A stretch of 44,669 nucleotides of DNA, from positions 1-44,669 of the forward strand of contig CAJXMQ010000001.1 of assembly GCA_913056225.1 (NCBI GenBank), read 5' to 3'. Numbering within the stretch: the first letter of the stretch is position 1; each line of letters opens with the position of its first letter. The notes beneath the pieces were generated by a model. That model was given only the letters and a program-made list of their open reading frames with translations, did not search any database and was not told the DNA's origin. A program made the position numbers and the translations under genes. The DNA is from an uncultured Micrococcales bacterium (GTDB lineage: Bacteria > Actinomycetota > Actinomycetes > Actinomycetales > Microbacteriaceae). Of the stretch, positions 20,326 to 28,600 are shown piece by piece.

Positions 20326-22004
20326 TCCCTGGTTAGACGCCTGTAGGTTGTGCGATGAGGCTTTGCTGCCTCCTCACCTAAACGCTCAACCTTGTTCTCC
20401 TCGTAGGACTGGAAGTTTCCTTCAAACCAGTACCAGTTATCAGGATGTTCTTCGCTTCCCTCATAAGCAAGAATGTGGGTAGCCACGCGGTCCAGAAACC
20501 ACCTATCGTGGGTGATGACCACAGCGCAGCCAGGAAATTGCTCCAAGGCGCTTTCTAAACTTCCCAAGGTTTCAACATCCAAATCATTGGTGGGCTCATC
20601 CAACAGCAATAGGTTCCCACCCTGCTTCAACGTAAGAGCAAGGTTTAGCCTGTTGCGCTCACCGCCAGAAAGGACTCCTGCTGGTTTTTGCTGATCTGGG
20701 CCCTTGAACCCAAATGCCGCAACGTATGCGCGGGATGGCATTTCAACATTTCCAACCTTGATGTAATCAAGTCCATCTGAAACTACTTCCCACAGAGATT
20801 TCTTGGGGTCAATGCCAGCGCGACCCTGGTCAACGTAGCTGATTTTCACGGTCTCACCGATCTTCAACTCTCCGCTGTCAATCTCTTCTTGACCAACAAT
20901 GCACTTGAAAAGAGTTGATTTTCCGACACCGTTGGGGCCAATGATTCCAACAATGCCGTTTCGTGGAAGCCTAAAACTCAGATCAGAAAACAGTGATCGG
21001 TCGTCAAAACCCTTAGCGATTGAATCTGCCTCGATGACAACATCTCCTAGACGCGGTCCGGGAGGAATCTGGATTTCTTCAAAATCAAGCTTTCTGGTCT
21101 TTTCTGCTTCGCTCGCCATTTCCTCGTAGCGTGCCAACCTAGCTTTGGACTTTGTTTGTTTGGCCTTGGGTGACGACCTTACCCACTCCAATTCTTCTTT
21201 TAGGCGCTTGGACATCTTGGCGTCTTTTTTGCCCTGAACCTGCAATCTCTCCTGCTTTTTCTCAAGGTAGGTGCTGTAGTTTCCCTCGTATGGGTAGGCA
21301 CGTCCTCGGTCCAATTCCAAAATCCACTGGGCAACATTGTCTAGAAAGTAACGGTCGTGTGTAACTGCCAACACGGCACCTGGGTATTTGGCAAGGTGCT
21401 GCTCCAGCCACAAAACACTCTCAGCATCAAGGTGGTTGGTCGGCTCGTCTAACAAAAGTAAATCTGGTTTTTCTAAAAGCAATTTACACAGAGCCACTCT
21501 TCTGCGCTCTCCACCGGAAAGATGAGTCACTGGTGAATCACTTGGTGGGCAGCGCAAAGCGTCCATCGCTTGCTCTAGTTGGTTTTCTAGGTCCCAAGCA
21601 TCCAGCCGATCAATTTCTTCTTGAAGCTTTCCCATTTCCTCCAAGAGAGTGTCGTAATCGGCATCTGGGTTGGCAAGTTCCTCTGAGATCTGGTTGAAGC
21701 GGTCAACCTTGGCGATGGTGTCTTTGACAGCCTCCTGGACATTGCCAAGAACTGTTTTTTCCTCGTTCAGGGGAGGCTCTTGCAACAAAATCCCTACCGA
21801 ATGACCAGGAGCCAAGCGCGCTTCACCATTACTGGGCTGATCCAGACCAGCCATAATTTTCAAAACTGATGATTTTCCAGCGCCGTTGGGCCCAACGACA
21901 CCTATTTTTGCTCCGGGATAAAACGCCAGTGTGACATCGTCAAGGATTACCTTGTCCCCGTGCGCCTTACGGGCGCTAATCATCTGATAGATAAATTCAG
22001 CCAT
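20322..22004 (-). CDS. ettA: ABC-F ATPase, energy-dependent translational throttle EttA
   Basis: 560 aa with two ABC cassettes (GPNGAGKSS/LSGGERRR and GPNGVGKST/LSGGERNR), no TM domain and an EttA-type N-terminus MAEFIYQM. Confidence 0.92.
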   Translation of the reverse strand: MAEFIYQMISARKAHGDKVILDDVTLAFYPGAKIGVVGPNGAGKSSVLKIMAGLDQPSNGEARLAPGHSVGILLQEPPLNEEKTVLGNVQEAVKDTIAKVDRFNQISEELANPDADYDTLLEEMGKLQEEIDRLDAWDLENQLEQAMDALRCPPSDSPVTHLSGGERRRVALCKLLLEKPDLLLLDEPTNHLDAESVLWLEQHLAKYPGAVLAVTHDRYFLDNVAQWILELDRGRAYPYEGNYSTYLEKKQERLQVQGKKDAKMSKRLKEELEWVRSSPKAKQTKSKARLARYEEMASEAEKTRKLDFEEIQIPPGPRLGDVVIEADSIAKGFDDRSLFSDLSFRLPRNGIVGIIGPNGVGKSTLFKCIVGQEEIDSGELKIGETVKISYVDQGRAGIDPKKSLWEVVSDGLDYIKVGNVEMPSRAYVAAFGFKGPDQQKPAGVLSGGERNRLNLALTLKQGGNLLLLDEPTNDLDVETLGSLESALEQFPGCAVVITHDRWFLDRVATHILAYEGSEEHPDNWYWFEGNFQSYEENKVERLGEEAAKPHRTTYRRLTRD

Positions 22005-22054
22005 TTGTTACTTTCCAATTCGAAGTGAATGCCCTCAAATTGTAGTTGACTGTG

Positions 22055-22453
22055 TTAGCTAGCTGCTGAGGCCAGCTCTTCAGATTCTGCTGATTGGTAG
22101 ACAGTTCTCTCAAAGACACTTGTGCCCCAAGTCAAATCGTGGCCGATGCCGAGTGCTTCTATCTCCACACTGGTTCCAGTTTTCTCTCCGTTGTCCCAGT
22201 CTTTTACTCGAATCCGACCGTTCACAATCACGCGTTGGCCTTTCTCCAGACTGGCAGACATGTTTTCAGCAATCCTTCTAAATCCGATTACCGTGTACCA
22301 ATTGGTGTGAGAGTCTTCCCACTGAGCCAACTCACGGTTATAACGTCTGGTTGTGCAAACCAATCTGAATGAGGTTATTGGATATCCATCCTTGGTGGTT
22401 ACTGTTCTTGGGCTGGTGGCAACCAAGCCCTGCAATGAAACTGTTTCTTGCAT
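22055..22453 (-). CDS. Single-stranded DNA-binding protein paralog (OB fold, no acidic C-terminal tip)
   Basis: SSB-like OB-fold signatures (FRL..T.R......W.D..T.WY.V..F...AEN....L.KG..V.V.GR). I place the start at ATG 22453, preceded by GGAGAA. The protein ends ...ESEELASAAS, without a Gly-rich linker or DDDIPF-type tail. Confidence 0.75.
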   Translation of the reverse strand: MQETVSLQGLVATSPRTVTTKDGYPITSFRLVCTTRRYNRELAQWEDSHTNWYTVIGFRRIAENMSASLEKGQRVIVNGRIRVKDWDNGEKTGTSVEIEALGIGHDLTWGTSVFERTVYQSAESEELASAAS

Positions 22454-22463
22454 GTGATTCTCC

Positions 22464-22487
22464 TTTCGAACTGAATTCAGTTTGAAA
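22464..22487. promoter_or_regulatory. 24-bp near-perfect palindrome abutting the SD of the SSB paralog
   Basis: TTTCGAACTGAATTCAGTTTGAAA is self-complementary at 22 of 24 positions, with a perfect 14-bp core AACTGAATTCAGTT at 22469-22482. The half-sites TCGAAC/GTTTGA resemble actinobacterial LexA half-sites but are 8 nt apart, not 4. Confidence 0.5.
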
Positions 22488-22550
22488 GAATTTAGAAGCT
22501 GCAAACTAGCCTGAAACACAACTGTTGATAAGTGGCCAAATAAATACTTG

Positions 22551-23072
22551 TTAGCGCATTAGTTCAGAAAAACTTGACCTTACCTTGGCAAGTTTTGGAG
22601 ATACCACTGCAATGCAGTATCCCTGACCGGGGTTTTTAGCAAAATAATCTTGGTGATAGCCCTCTGCTTCGTAGAAAACATCCAGCGGAACTATCTCGGT
22701 GACGATATTGTCTCCCCAGATTTCTTTTGATCGCTCGAGTGCCTCCTCAAACAAAAGCTTCTGACCCTCGTTTTCATACATCATGCTCGAGCGATACTGG
22801 CTACCAACATCTGCACCCTGTCGATTTAGCTGTGTTGGGTCATGCAGAGTGAAGAAAATGTCCAGTATTTTTGCTGACGAAATCACGCTCGGATTGAACT
22901 CAACCTGCAGCACTTCGGCGTGTCCTGTGTCGATTGTGCAGACCTGTTCATAGGTCGGATTTGGGATGTGCCCACCGGCATAACCAGCTATTGAAGTTTC
23001 GACTCCAATAACATTTCTATAAACTGCGTCCAAACACCAAAAACATCCGCCACCAAGAGTAAATTTTTCCAT
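22551..23072 (-). CDS. msrA: Peptide methionine (S)-sulfoxide reductase
   Basis: 173 aa with the active-site GGGCFWC motif and PMSR fold signatures (GHAEV..V.F.P). Confidence 0.93.
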   Translation of the reverse strand: MEKFTLGGGCFWCLDAVYRNVIGVETSIAGYAGGHIPNPTYEQVCTIDTGHAEVLQVEFNPSVISSAKILDIFFTLHDPTQLNRQGADVGSQYRSSMMYENEGQKLLFEEALERSKEIWGDNIVTEIVPLDVFYEAEGYHQDYFAKNPGQGYCIAVVSPKLAKVRSSFSELMR

Positions 23073-23123
23073 GTCTCTAGCCTAAGCTTCTCTGGTGCTT
23101 AAACTAAATTCAGCGGTCATAGA

Positions 23124-24119
23124 TTGACCCAGCGGTATCCGCTACTGGGGGCTTTCTATGCGGTGCTAGCAGCTTTCTTATTTGGTATAAATGGCGCAAC
23201 CTCCAAAGTTGCCATTACCACCGGGTTGACTCCGGAACAGGTCGTATCCGTTCGCACCCTGACCGCTGCCCTGCTGGCACTGGGTTGGGCAATTGCCAGA
23301 AACCCCCGATTGTTAAAAATCCATATCTCCGATCTCCCTCGGCTGATGATTTTGGGAGGCATCGGAGTGGGTGCATTGCAATGGACATACTCAATTGGTG
23401 TTTCTAATCTGCCAGTGGGCATTGCGCTACTCATCGAATACACCGCAGTGATCATGATTCCGATTGCAACTTTCTTGTTTTTCAAAGAAAAAGCGAAGCC
23501 GCAACTTTGGGTTGGCGCGTTTTTGGTGGTTATCGGCCTAGTGATGGTCAGTGAGATCTGGGCTGGAGGACTAAATCCAACGGGTGCCATTTTTGCATTC
23601 GGGGCAGCACTTTGTTTGACCTATTACTTCATTGGTGCTGAGCGCATCCAAAGAAGAGTGAGCACCACGGCGGTGATGGTCTATGCCATCGGCACCGCAG
23701 CGATCATGTTTTTCATCTTTGCAGACTGGGGAAGCCTGGAGCCTGGGGCGTTACAGCAAACAGTCAATCTAATGGGAAACCTTGAAGGATTTGACGTTCC
23801 GCAGTGGTGGTTGATGGTTTGGCTTGGGATTATGGGAGCCTTCCTGCCAATGCTTTTCACTTATCTCGCCGTCAGACACATCTCATCAACGGTTATGGGG
23901 GTGATTTCAACGAGTGAGGTTCTGTTCGCGTTTTTGTTTGGTTTTATCTGGCTTGGGGAAACGATTGGCATCATTCAAACCATCGGGGGTATCGTGGTAC
24001 TAACAGGAATATTTATCGCGCAAACCTCACGAGTTAGGCGTTTAACACGTAGAAACGGAGAAATCAATGTCAACAGTAGACCTAACGCTGGAGGACTTCG
24101 AGAAGACAGTACTGTCTGA
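23124..24119 (+). CDS. EamA/DMT-family transporter
   Basis: 331 aa with 10 TM helices in two EamA-like repeats. Its hydrophilic tail overlaps the thioredoxin start by 53 nt. Confidence 0.75.
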   Translation: MTQRYPLLGAFYAVLAAFLFGINGATSKVAITTGLTPEQVVSVRTLTAALLALGWAIARNPRLLKIHISDLPRLMILGGIGVGALQWTYSIGVSNLPVGIALLIEYTAVIMIPIATFLFFKEKAKPQLWVGAFLVVIGLVMVSEIWAGGLNPTGAIFAFGAALCLTYYFIGAERIQRRVSTTAVMVYAIGTAAIMFFIFADWGSLEPGALQQTVNLMGNLEGFDVPQWWLMVWLGIMGAFLPMLFTYLAVRHISSTVMGVISTSEVLFAFLFGFIWLGETIGIIQTIGGIVVLTGIFIAQTSRVRRLTRRNGEINVNSRPNAGGLREDSTV

Positions 24120-24441
24120 GGGAATTACCTTTGTAGATTTTTGGGCAGAGTGGTGCGGTCCTTGCAAGTCATTCGCCCCAATTTTTGAAAAAGCCAGCGA
24201 GGACAACCCTGAGCTGACATTTGCCAAAGTCGACACCGAAGCAGAGCAGCAGCTTTCACAGATGGCTGGCATCTCTTCGATTCCAACCTTGATGATTTTC
24301 AGAGACGGCATCTTGTTGTTCAACCAGCCTGGAGCGCTCCCAGCGCCTGCGCTAGAAGAACTGATTGGCAAGGTTCAGGATCTTGACATGGATGAGGTAA
24401 AGGCAGAGATCGCCAAAGAGCAAGCTAAAGGTGAAGAATAA
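24067..24441 (+). CDS. trxA: Thioredoxin
   Basis: 124 aa with the WCGPC active site. GGAGAA SD lies upstream of the ATG. Confidence 0.93.
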   Translation: MSTVDLTLEDFEKTVLSEGITFVDFWAEWCGPCKSFAPIFEKASEDNPELTFAKVDTEAEQQLSQMAGISSIPTLMIFRDGILLFNQPGALPAPALEELIGKVQDLDMDEVKAEIAKEQAKGEE

Positions 24442-24451
24442 TTCACTAGCC

Positions 24452-24670
24452 ATGCTGGCCACGGTGGCCGGCGTTGGTGTCTTGGCCTGGTGGGTGGGAT
24501 TTTTCGACCCCCAGACTTGCTCACCCGATGTTCAACTTGAGGGCTGGACATCATGCGAACAAATTGCTAACCAGCAGGGAATCGCCTTTTGGCTTTTAGT
24601 CGGAATAGTCCTCTTCGGAGTGATAGTTACCAGCATTGGAGCCAGAAGAAAAAATAAGAGAGACAAATAG
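24452..24670 (+). CDS. Small two-TM membrane protein with a Cys pair in the connecting loop
   Basis: 72 aa from ATG 24452 (MLATVAGVGVLAWW...). It has two hydrophobic helices flanking ...QTCSPDVQLEGWTSCEQ... and a basic C-terminus RRKNKRDK. Confidence 0.5.
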   Translation: MLATVAGVGVLAWWVGFFDPQTCSPDVQLEGWTSCEQIANQQGIAFWLLVGIVLFGVIVTSIGARRKNKRDK

Positions 24671-24677
24671 TCCTCAA

Positions 24678-24711
24678 AGCCTTAATTTAGGGGCTATTTT
24701 TCTTCTTTTTT
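24678..24711 (+). terminator. Candidate intrinsic terminator after the trx / small-membrane-protein unit
   Basis: Hairpin AGCCTT-AATTTA-GGGGCT (4 Watson-Crick pairs plus 2 G-U pairs) followed by ATTTTTCTTCTTTTTT. Confidence 0.45.
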
Positions 24712-24770
24712 GCCTGGTGATGTCTTGAGCTTGCAATCTCATGCAGGAATAGCAAAATCCAGGAGAGTCG

Positions 24771-24800
24771 TTGCTTAATATAGATAATTGTCTATATAGT
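24771..24800 (+). promoter_or_regulatory. Candidate sigma-A promoter with an embedded 20-bp operator-like palindrome
   Basis: -35-like TTGCTT (24771-24776), an 18-nt spacer and -10 TATAGT (24795-24800). The palindrome ATATAGATAA|TTGTCTATAT (24778-24797) matches in 9 of 10 arm positions and spans the spacer and -10. The ATG at 24807 lies exactly at the expected +1, giving leaderless geometry with no SD. Confidence 0.45.
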
Positions 24801-24806
24801 GATTTC

Positions 24807-25040
24807 ATGAGCGAATTCAACTACACAAAGTGCTCCAAGCCTTTCCAGAGCCAGCAAGAGGCACGAGATTTCATGCTGGAGAAGAAATTCAAGGGTTCGA
24901 TTCTTGCCCGAGAGGATGGGAATTTCACAGCTGTTTGCCCAACCTATCCAGAGGGCTATTACCCAGATGCAGTCACGGTGGAAGTCATCGAGGAAAAAGA
25001 TTTTAAATCGCTGCAAGTAGTTGATGCCGATTGTTGTTGA
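24807..25040 (+). CDS. Orphan small protein (77 aa) with four Cys, including a C-terminal CC
   Basis: Translation is MSEFNYTKCSKPFQSQQEARDFMLEKKFKGSILAREDGNFTAVCPTYPEGYYPDAVTVEVIEEKDFKSLQVVDADCC. I recognise no family. It has the same orientation as its neighbours and ends 41 nt before putA. The antisense frame is also open, so coding status is not certain. Confidence 0.4.
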   Translation: MSEFNYTKCSKPFQSQQEARDFMLEKKFKGSILAREDGNFTAVCPTYPEGYYPDAVTVEVIEEKDFKSLQVVDADCC

Positions 25041-25081
25041 TTTGATTCGAAATGGGCACTGTTAATCCCTAGACTTTGTGC

Positions 25082-28000
25082 ATGTCCATCAGCGAAAACA
25101 CTGCAAAGTCATCCCCCGAAATTGACAAGCTAACCGAGCAAAGCATCGAGCTTGCCAGAGCTTGGACCAACCAGGCTTCGAAGGCCAAATCTTCACCAGC
25201 TGCCGAGAGGTTAGCCGGGTTATTGGCCGATCCAGATGGTTTGGATTTTGCCGTTGGCTTTATCGATGGTGTTGTCAGGCCTGAAGACCTGAGGGTTGCA
25301 GCCAAATCACTAAACAGGGTTAGCAAACGAATCCCAAAGTTCCTTCCCTTGCCACTCAGAGCATTGGTGAGACTCGGGGGGTTGGTTGCACCAATACTCC
25401 CCTGGCCAGTGATTCCCATTGCCAAAACAGTTCTTCGCGGTTTTGTGGCTCACCTGGTGATTGATGCAAGTGATACCAAGCTCACCAAGTCATTGAACAA
25501 GATAAATAAAGACGATGTCACTTTGAATATAAACCTGCTTGGTGAAGCAGTTCTGGGCGTATCCGAAGCCGAATCCAGATACAAAAAGTTGAAAACACTT
25601 CTTGAGAGAAAAGATGTTAATTATGTCTCTCTCAAGGTCTCCTCAATCATTGCCCCTCATCCCGCATGGGCATTTGATGAGTCAGTGGAGCAGATAGTTG
25701 AAACCATTAGGCCTCTTTATCGAATTGCCGCAGGCTCCAACCCTCAGAAATTTATCAACCTAGATATGGAGGAATACAAAGACCTCAGGTTGACCATTGA
25801 GGTGTTCAAAAAAATTCTCTCCGAGGAAGAGTTTCACAAACTAAAAGCCGGGATTGTTCTGCAGGCATACCTGCCAGACGCTCTCGATGAAATGAAAAAC
25901 CTGCAGGATTGGGCTGCGAAGCGAGTTGCTGCAGGAGGATCAGCGGTGAAGGTAAGACTCGTGAAGGGTGCGAACCTGCCCATGGAATTGGTAGATGCAG
26001 AAATGCACGATTGGCCAATTGCAACGGTTGAGTCAAAGCAGGCAGCGGATGCCAACTTCAAAAGGGTTTTGAACTACTCACTCACCGAAGAGAGATCCAA
26101 AAACATCAGGATTGGCATTGCCGGACATAACCTTTTTGATCTGGCTTATGGCTGGCTGTTGGCCCAAAGTCAAAACTGCACCGAGGGCATCGATGTTGAG
26201 ATGTTGTTGGGAATGGCAGAGGCTCAGGCAGAGGCCGTTCAAAAAACGGTTGGAGGGCTGGTTCTTTACACTCCAGTTGTTCACCCCAGTGAATTTGATG
26301 TGGCAATCGCCTACCTAATCAGAAGACTAGAAGAGGGCGCCAGCCAAGAAAACTTCATGAGTGGACTATTCGAGCTAGACAAGAACACTGGGGTTTTTGA
26401 AAGAGAGCAACAGCGTTTTATCAATTCGGTGATGGATCTTACAAAACCTGACCCCAAGCCCAATCGCACAGCACGCTCTGTTCCCGCAAAGCCACAGTCC
26501 GAGTTTGAAAACGTGCCAGACACTGATCCCTCCGTGCCAGCAAACGTTGAATGGGCAATGGGTATTCTGGAGCGAGCCAAAAACAGCAAGCTGGGTCAAA
26601 AGGAAACCGAAGCCGACATGCTGAAAAGTGAGGCGGAACTTGAAAAGACAATTGCCAAGGCAGTCAAGGGTCACGCCAAGTGGCAGAAACTTGGGCTTGA
26701 GAAAAGAGTCCAGATTCTCAGAAACGTTGCAATCGAATTGGAAAAAAGCCGCGCCGATTTGCTTGAGGTTATGGCTAATGAGGCTGGCAAGACAATTGAA
26801 CAGGGAGATCCTGAAATAAGCGAGGCAATTGATTTTGCCAATTACTACGCCCAGCTTGCCGAGGACCTAGCTAATCTGGACGGTGCTGTTCATGAGCCGG
26901 AACAGATTGTCTTAGTAACTCCCCCATGGAATTTCCCTGCAGCCATTCCAGCCGGTTCATCGCTTGCCGCGTTAGCCGCCGGGTCCGCGGTTATCTTCAA
27001 ACCCGCCGGTCAGGTCAGAAAAACCGGTGCATTGCTTGCAAGAGTTTTCCATGCAGCCGGAGTTCCAAAAGATGTAATGGTTCCAATTCAGATTTCCGAA
27101 TCCGATCTTGGCAAGCAACTAATAACCCACAAAGACGTATCTCGCGTGATTCTCACCGGTGGCTATGAAACAGCTCAGTTGTTCAGGTCATTCAGGCCAG
27201 ATCTTCCTCTGCTTGCGGAGACCAGCGGAAAAAACGCTTTGATAATCACACCCAGTGCTGACTTGGACTTAGCGGCAAAAGACCTCGCCTACAGCGCTTT
27301 TGGTCACGCTGGACAGAAATGCTCAGCCGCATCAATTGCCATTTTGGTTGGCTCAGTAAAAGACTCAGAGCGATTCAACCGACAACTGTTAGATGCGGTG
27401 AAAGGTCTAACAGTCGATTTCCCGACCAACCCTTCTGCCAACATGGGGCCGATTATCGAGCCCCCTGCCGACAAGCTTGCCCATGGACTGGAGACGTTGG
27501 ATAACAACGAACACTGGATTGTAAAGCCAGAAGCTTTGAACCAAGAGCGGACATTGTGGTCTCCCGGAGTTCGTGGGAATGTTGAACCTGGGGCACCCAG
27601 CCACCTCAAAGAATATTTTGGTCCGGTGTTGGCAATCATGACGGCCAGCAACTTAGAGGAAGCCCTGAAAATTCAAAATGCCGTGGACTACGGATTAACT
27701 GCGGGAATCCATTCCTTGGATCCTGCGGAAATCAACTACTGGCTAGCAAACGTGCAGGCGGGCAACCTTTATGTCAACAGAGGAATAACTGGAGCAATCG
27801 TTCAGAGACAACCTTTTGGTGGCTGGAAGCGAAGTGCTATTGGACCTGGGGCAAAAGCCGGAGGACCCAGCTATCTTCTGGGTTTCGGTTCTTTTCAGCA
27901 CTCCCCCGCAAAAAACTTGGGAGCAATTCCCGAAACTACTAAGAAGCTAGTCAAAGTGCTTTCTACCAATGATTTGGAACGTGCCGCCAGGGCATACGAG

Positions 28001-28492
28001 TTCCAATTGCAGGAGTATTTCCACAACCCCAAAGACCGAACCGGTCTCAGCTCAGAGAAAAACATATTCAGGCACCTCAAAGATGATGACGCCATCCTCT
28101 GGATGGATGAGACCGCTGCGGAGTCCGATGTTGATAGAGCGTTGGTTTTGGCAAGCGTTGCTGGCATCACAAACGTTTATGCAGATGAAAAATGGTCATC
28201 AAAGCAAAAGGCCTTCACGGAGCTTAAGTTACTCCGCCGAGAGCAATTGGAAGCATTGATTGATTCCAAGCCACTCGGGGTAACCATACGCTGGGTTGGA
28301 GATTCACCCGATCTAAAATCCACCGAAATTCTCGCAAGCCCCGATGTTGCCATCTTTACAGGGCCAGTAACCGAAAGCGGAAGAAGAGAGCTACTACCTT
28401 TTTTCAAGGAGCAAGCTATCTCTATTACCGCTCACAGGTTTGGGAACAAGTTACCAATGCTTGATCGAGTTTTCGCAAGCCTGACTCGCTAA
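25082..28492 (+). CDS. putA: Bifunctional proline dehydrogenase / L-glutamate-gamma-semialdehyde (P5C) dehydrogenase
   Basis: About 1136 aa. The N-terminal half is a PRODH barrel. The C-terminal half is an ALDH domain with catalytic Cys (GHAGQKCSAAS) and the ETSGKNA motif. There is no N-terminal RHH DNA-binding domain. Confidence 0.9.
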   Translation: MSISENTAKSSPEIDKLTEQSIELARAWTNQASKAKSSPAAERLAGLLADPDGLDFAVGFIDGVVRPEDLRVAAKSLNRVSKRIPKFLPLPLRALVRLGGLVAPILPWPVIPIAKTVLRGFVAHLVIDASDTKLTKSLNKINKDDVTLNINLLGEAVLGVSEAESRYKKLKTLLERKDVNYVSLKVSSIIAPHPAWAFDESVEQIVETIRPLYRIAAGSNPQKFINLDMEEYKDLRLTIEVFKKILSEEEFHKLKAGIVLQAYLPDALDEMKNLQDWAAKRVAAGGSAVKVRLVKGANLPMELVDAEMHDWPIATVESKQAADANFKRVLNYSLTEERSKNIRIGIAGHNLFDLAYGWLLAQSQNCTEGIDVEMLLGMAEAQAEAVQKTVGGLVLYTPVVHPSEFDVAIAYLIRRLEEGASQENFMSGLFELDKNTGVFEREQQRFINSVMDLTKPDPKPNRTARSVPAKPQSEFENVPDTDPSVPANVEWAMGILERAKNSKLGQKETEADMLKSEAELEKTIAKAVKGHAKWQKLGLEKRVQILRNVAIELEKSRADLLEVMANEAGKTIEQGDPEISEAIDFANYYAQLAEDLANLDGAVHEPEQIVLVTPPWNFPAAIPAGSSLAALAAGSAVIFKPAGQVRKTGALLARVFHAAGVPKDVMVPIQISESDLGKQLITHKDVSRVILTGGYETAQLFRSFRPDLPLLAETSGKNALIITPSADLDLAAKDLAYSAFGHAGQKCSAASIAILVGSVKDSERFNRQLLDAVKGLTVDFPTNPSANMGPIIEPPADKLAHGLETLDNNEHWIVKPEALNQERTLWSPGVRGNVEPGAPSHLKEYFGPVLAIMTASNLEEALKIQNAVDYGLTAGIHSLDPAEINYWLANVQAGNLYVNRGITGAIVQRQPFGGWKRSAIGPGAKAGGPSYLLGFGSFQHSPAKNLGAIPETTKKLVKVLSTNDLERAARAYEFQLQEYFHNPKDRTGLSSEKNIFRHLKDDDAILWMDETAAESDVDRALVLASVAGITNVYADEKWSSKQKAFTELKLLRREQLEALIDSKPLGVTIRWVGDSPDLKSTEILASPDVAIFTGPVTESGRRELLPFFKEQAISITAHRFGNKLPMLDRVFASLTR

Positions 28493-28600
28493 CAAAAAAA
28501 TAGCGACACGCTTTTGAATCGCCAAAAGAAACCTGTTGGAAACAAAGGGTTGGTTACATTTGTACACTTAGTAAACTTTTCAATCCGGAAGGCAAAATAA

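Noticed and set aside
22464-22487. Canonical LexA SOS box upstream of the SSB paralog.
   Set aside because: The half-sites fit, but the spacing is N8 instead of the N4 of TCGAAC-N4-GTTCGA. I report it as an unusual palindrome, not as a LexA site.
24792-25016. 74-aa minus-strand ORF antisense to the orphan small gene.
   Set aside because: It has no promoter or SD context on that strand. The plus-strand ORF has a well-placed promoter and leaderless start and matches the orientation of its neighbours. Coding strand remains formally unproven.
28493-28600. Possible TPP or other riboswitch, or a terminator, in the leader of the NMT1-like ABC operon. This includes the small hairpin CTTTTG-AATCGC-CAAAAG at 28511-28528.
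   Set aside because: No conserved TPP-riboswitch core is visible. The hairpin has an AT-only 6-bp stem with no T-tract, and the region is too short for most riboswitch classes. This needs a covariance-model scan for certainty.
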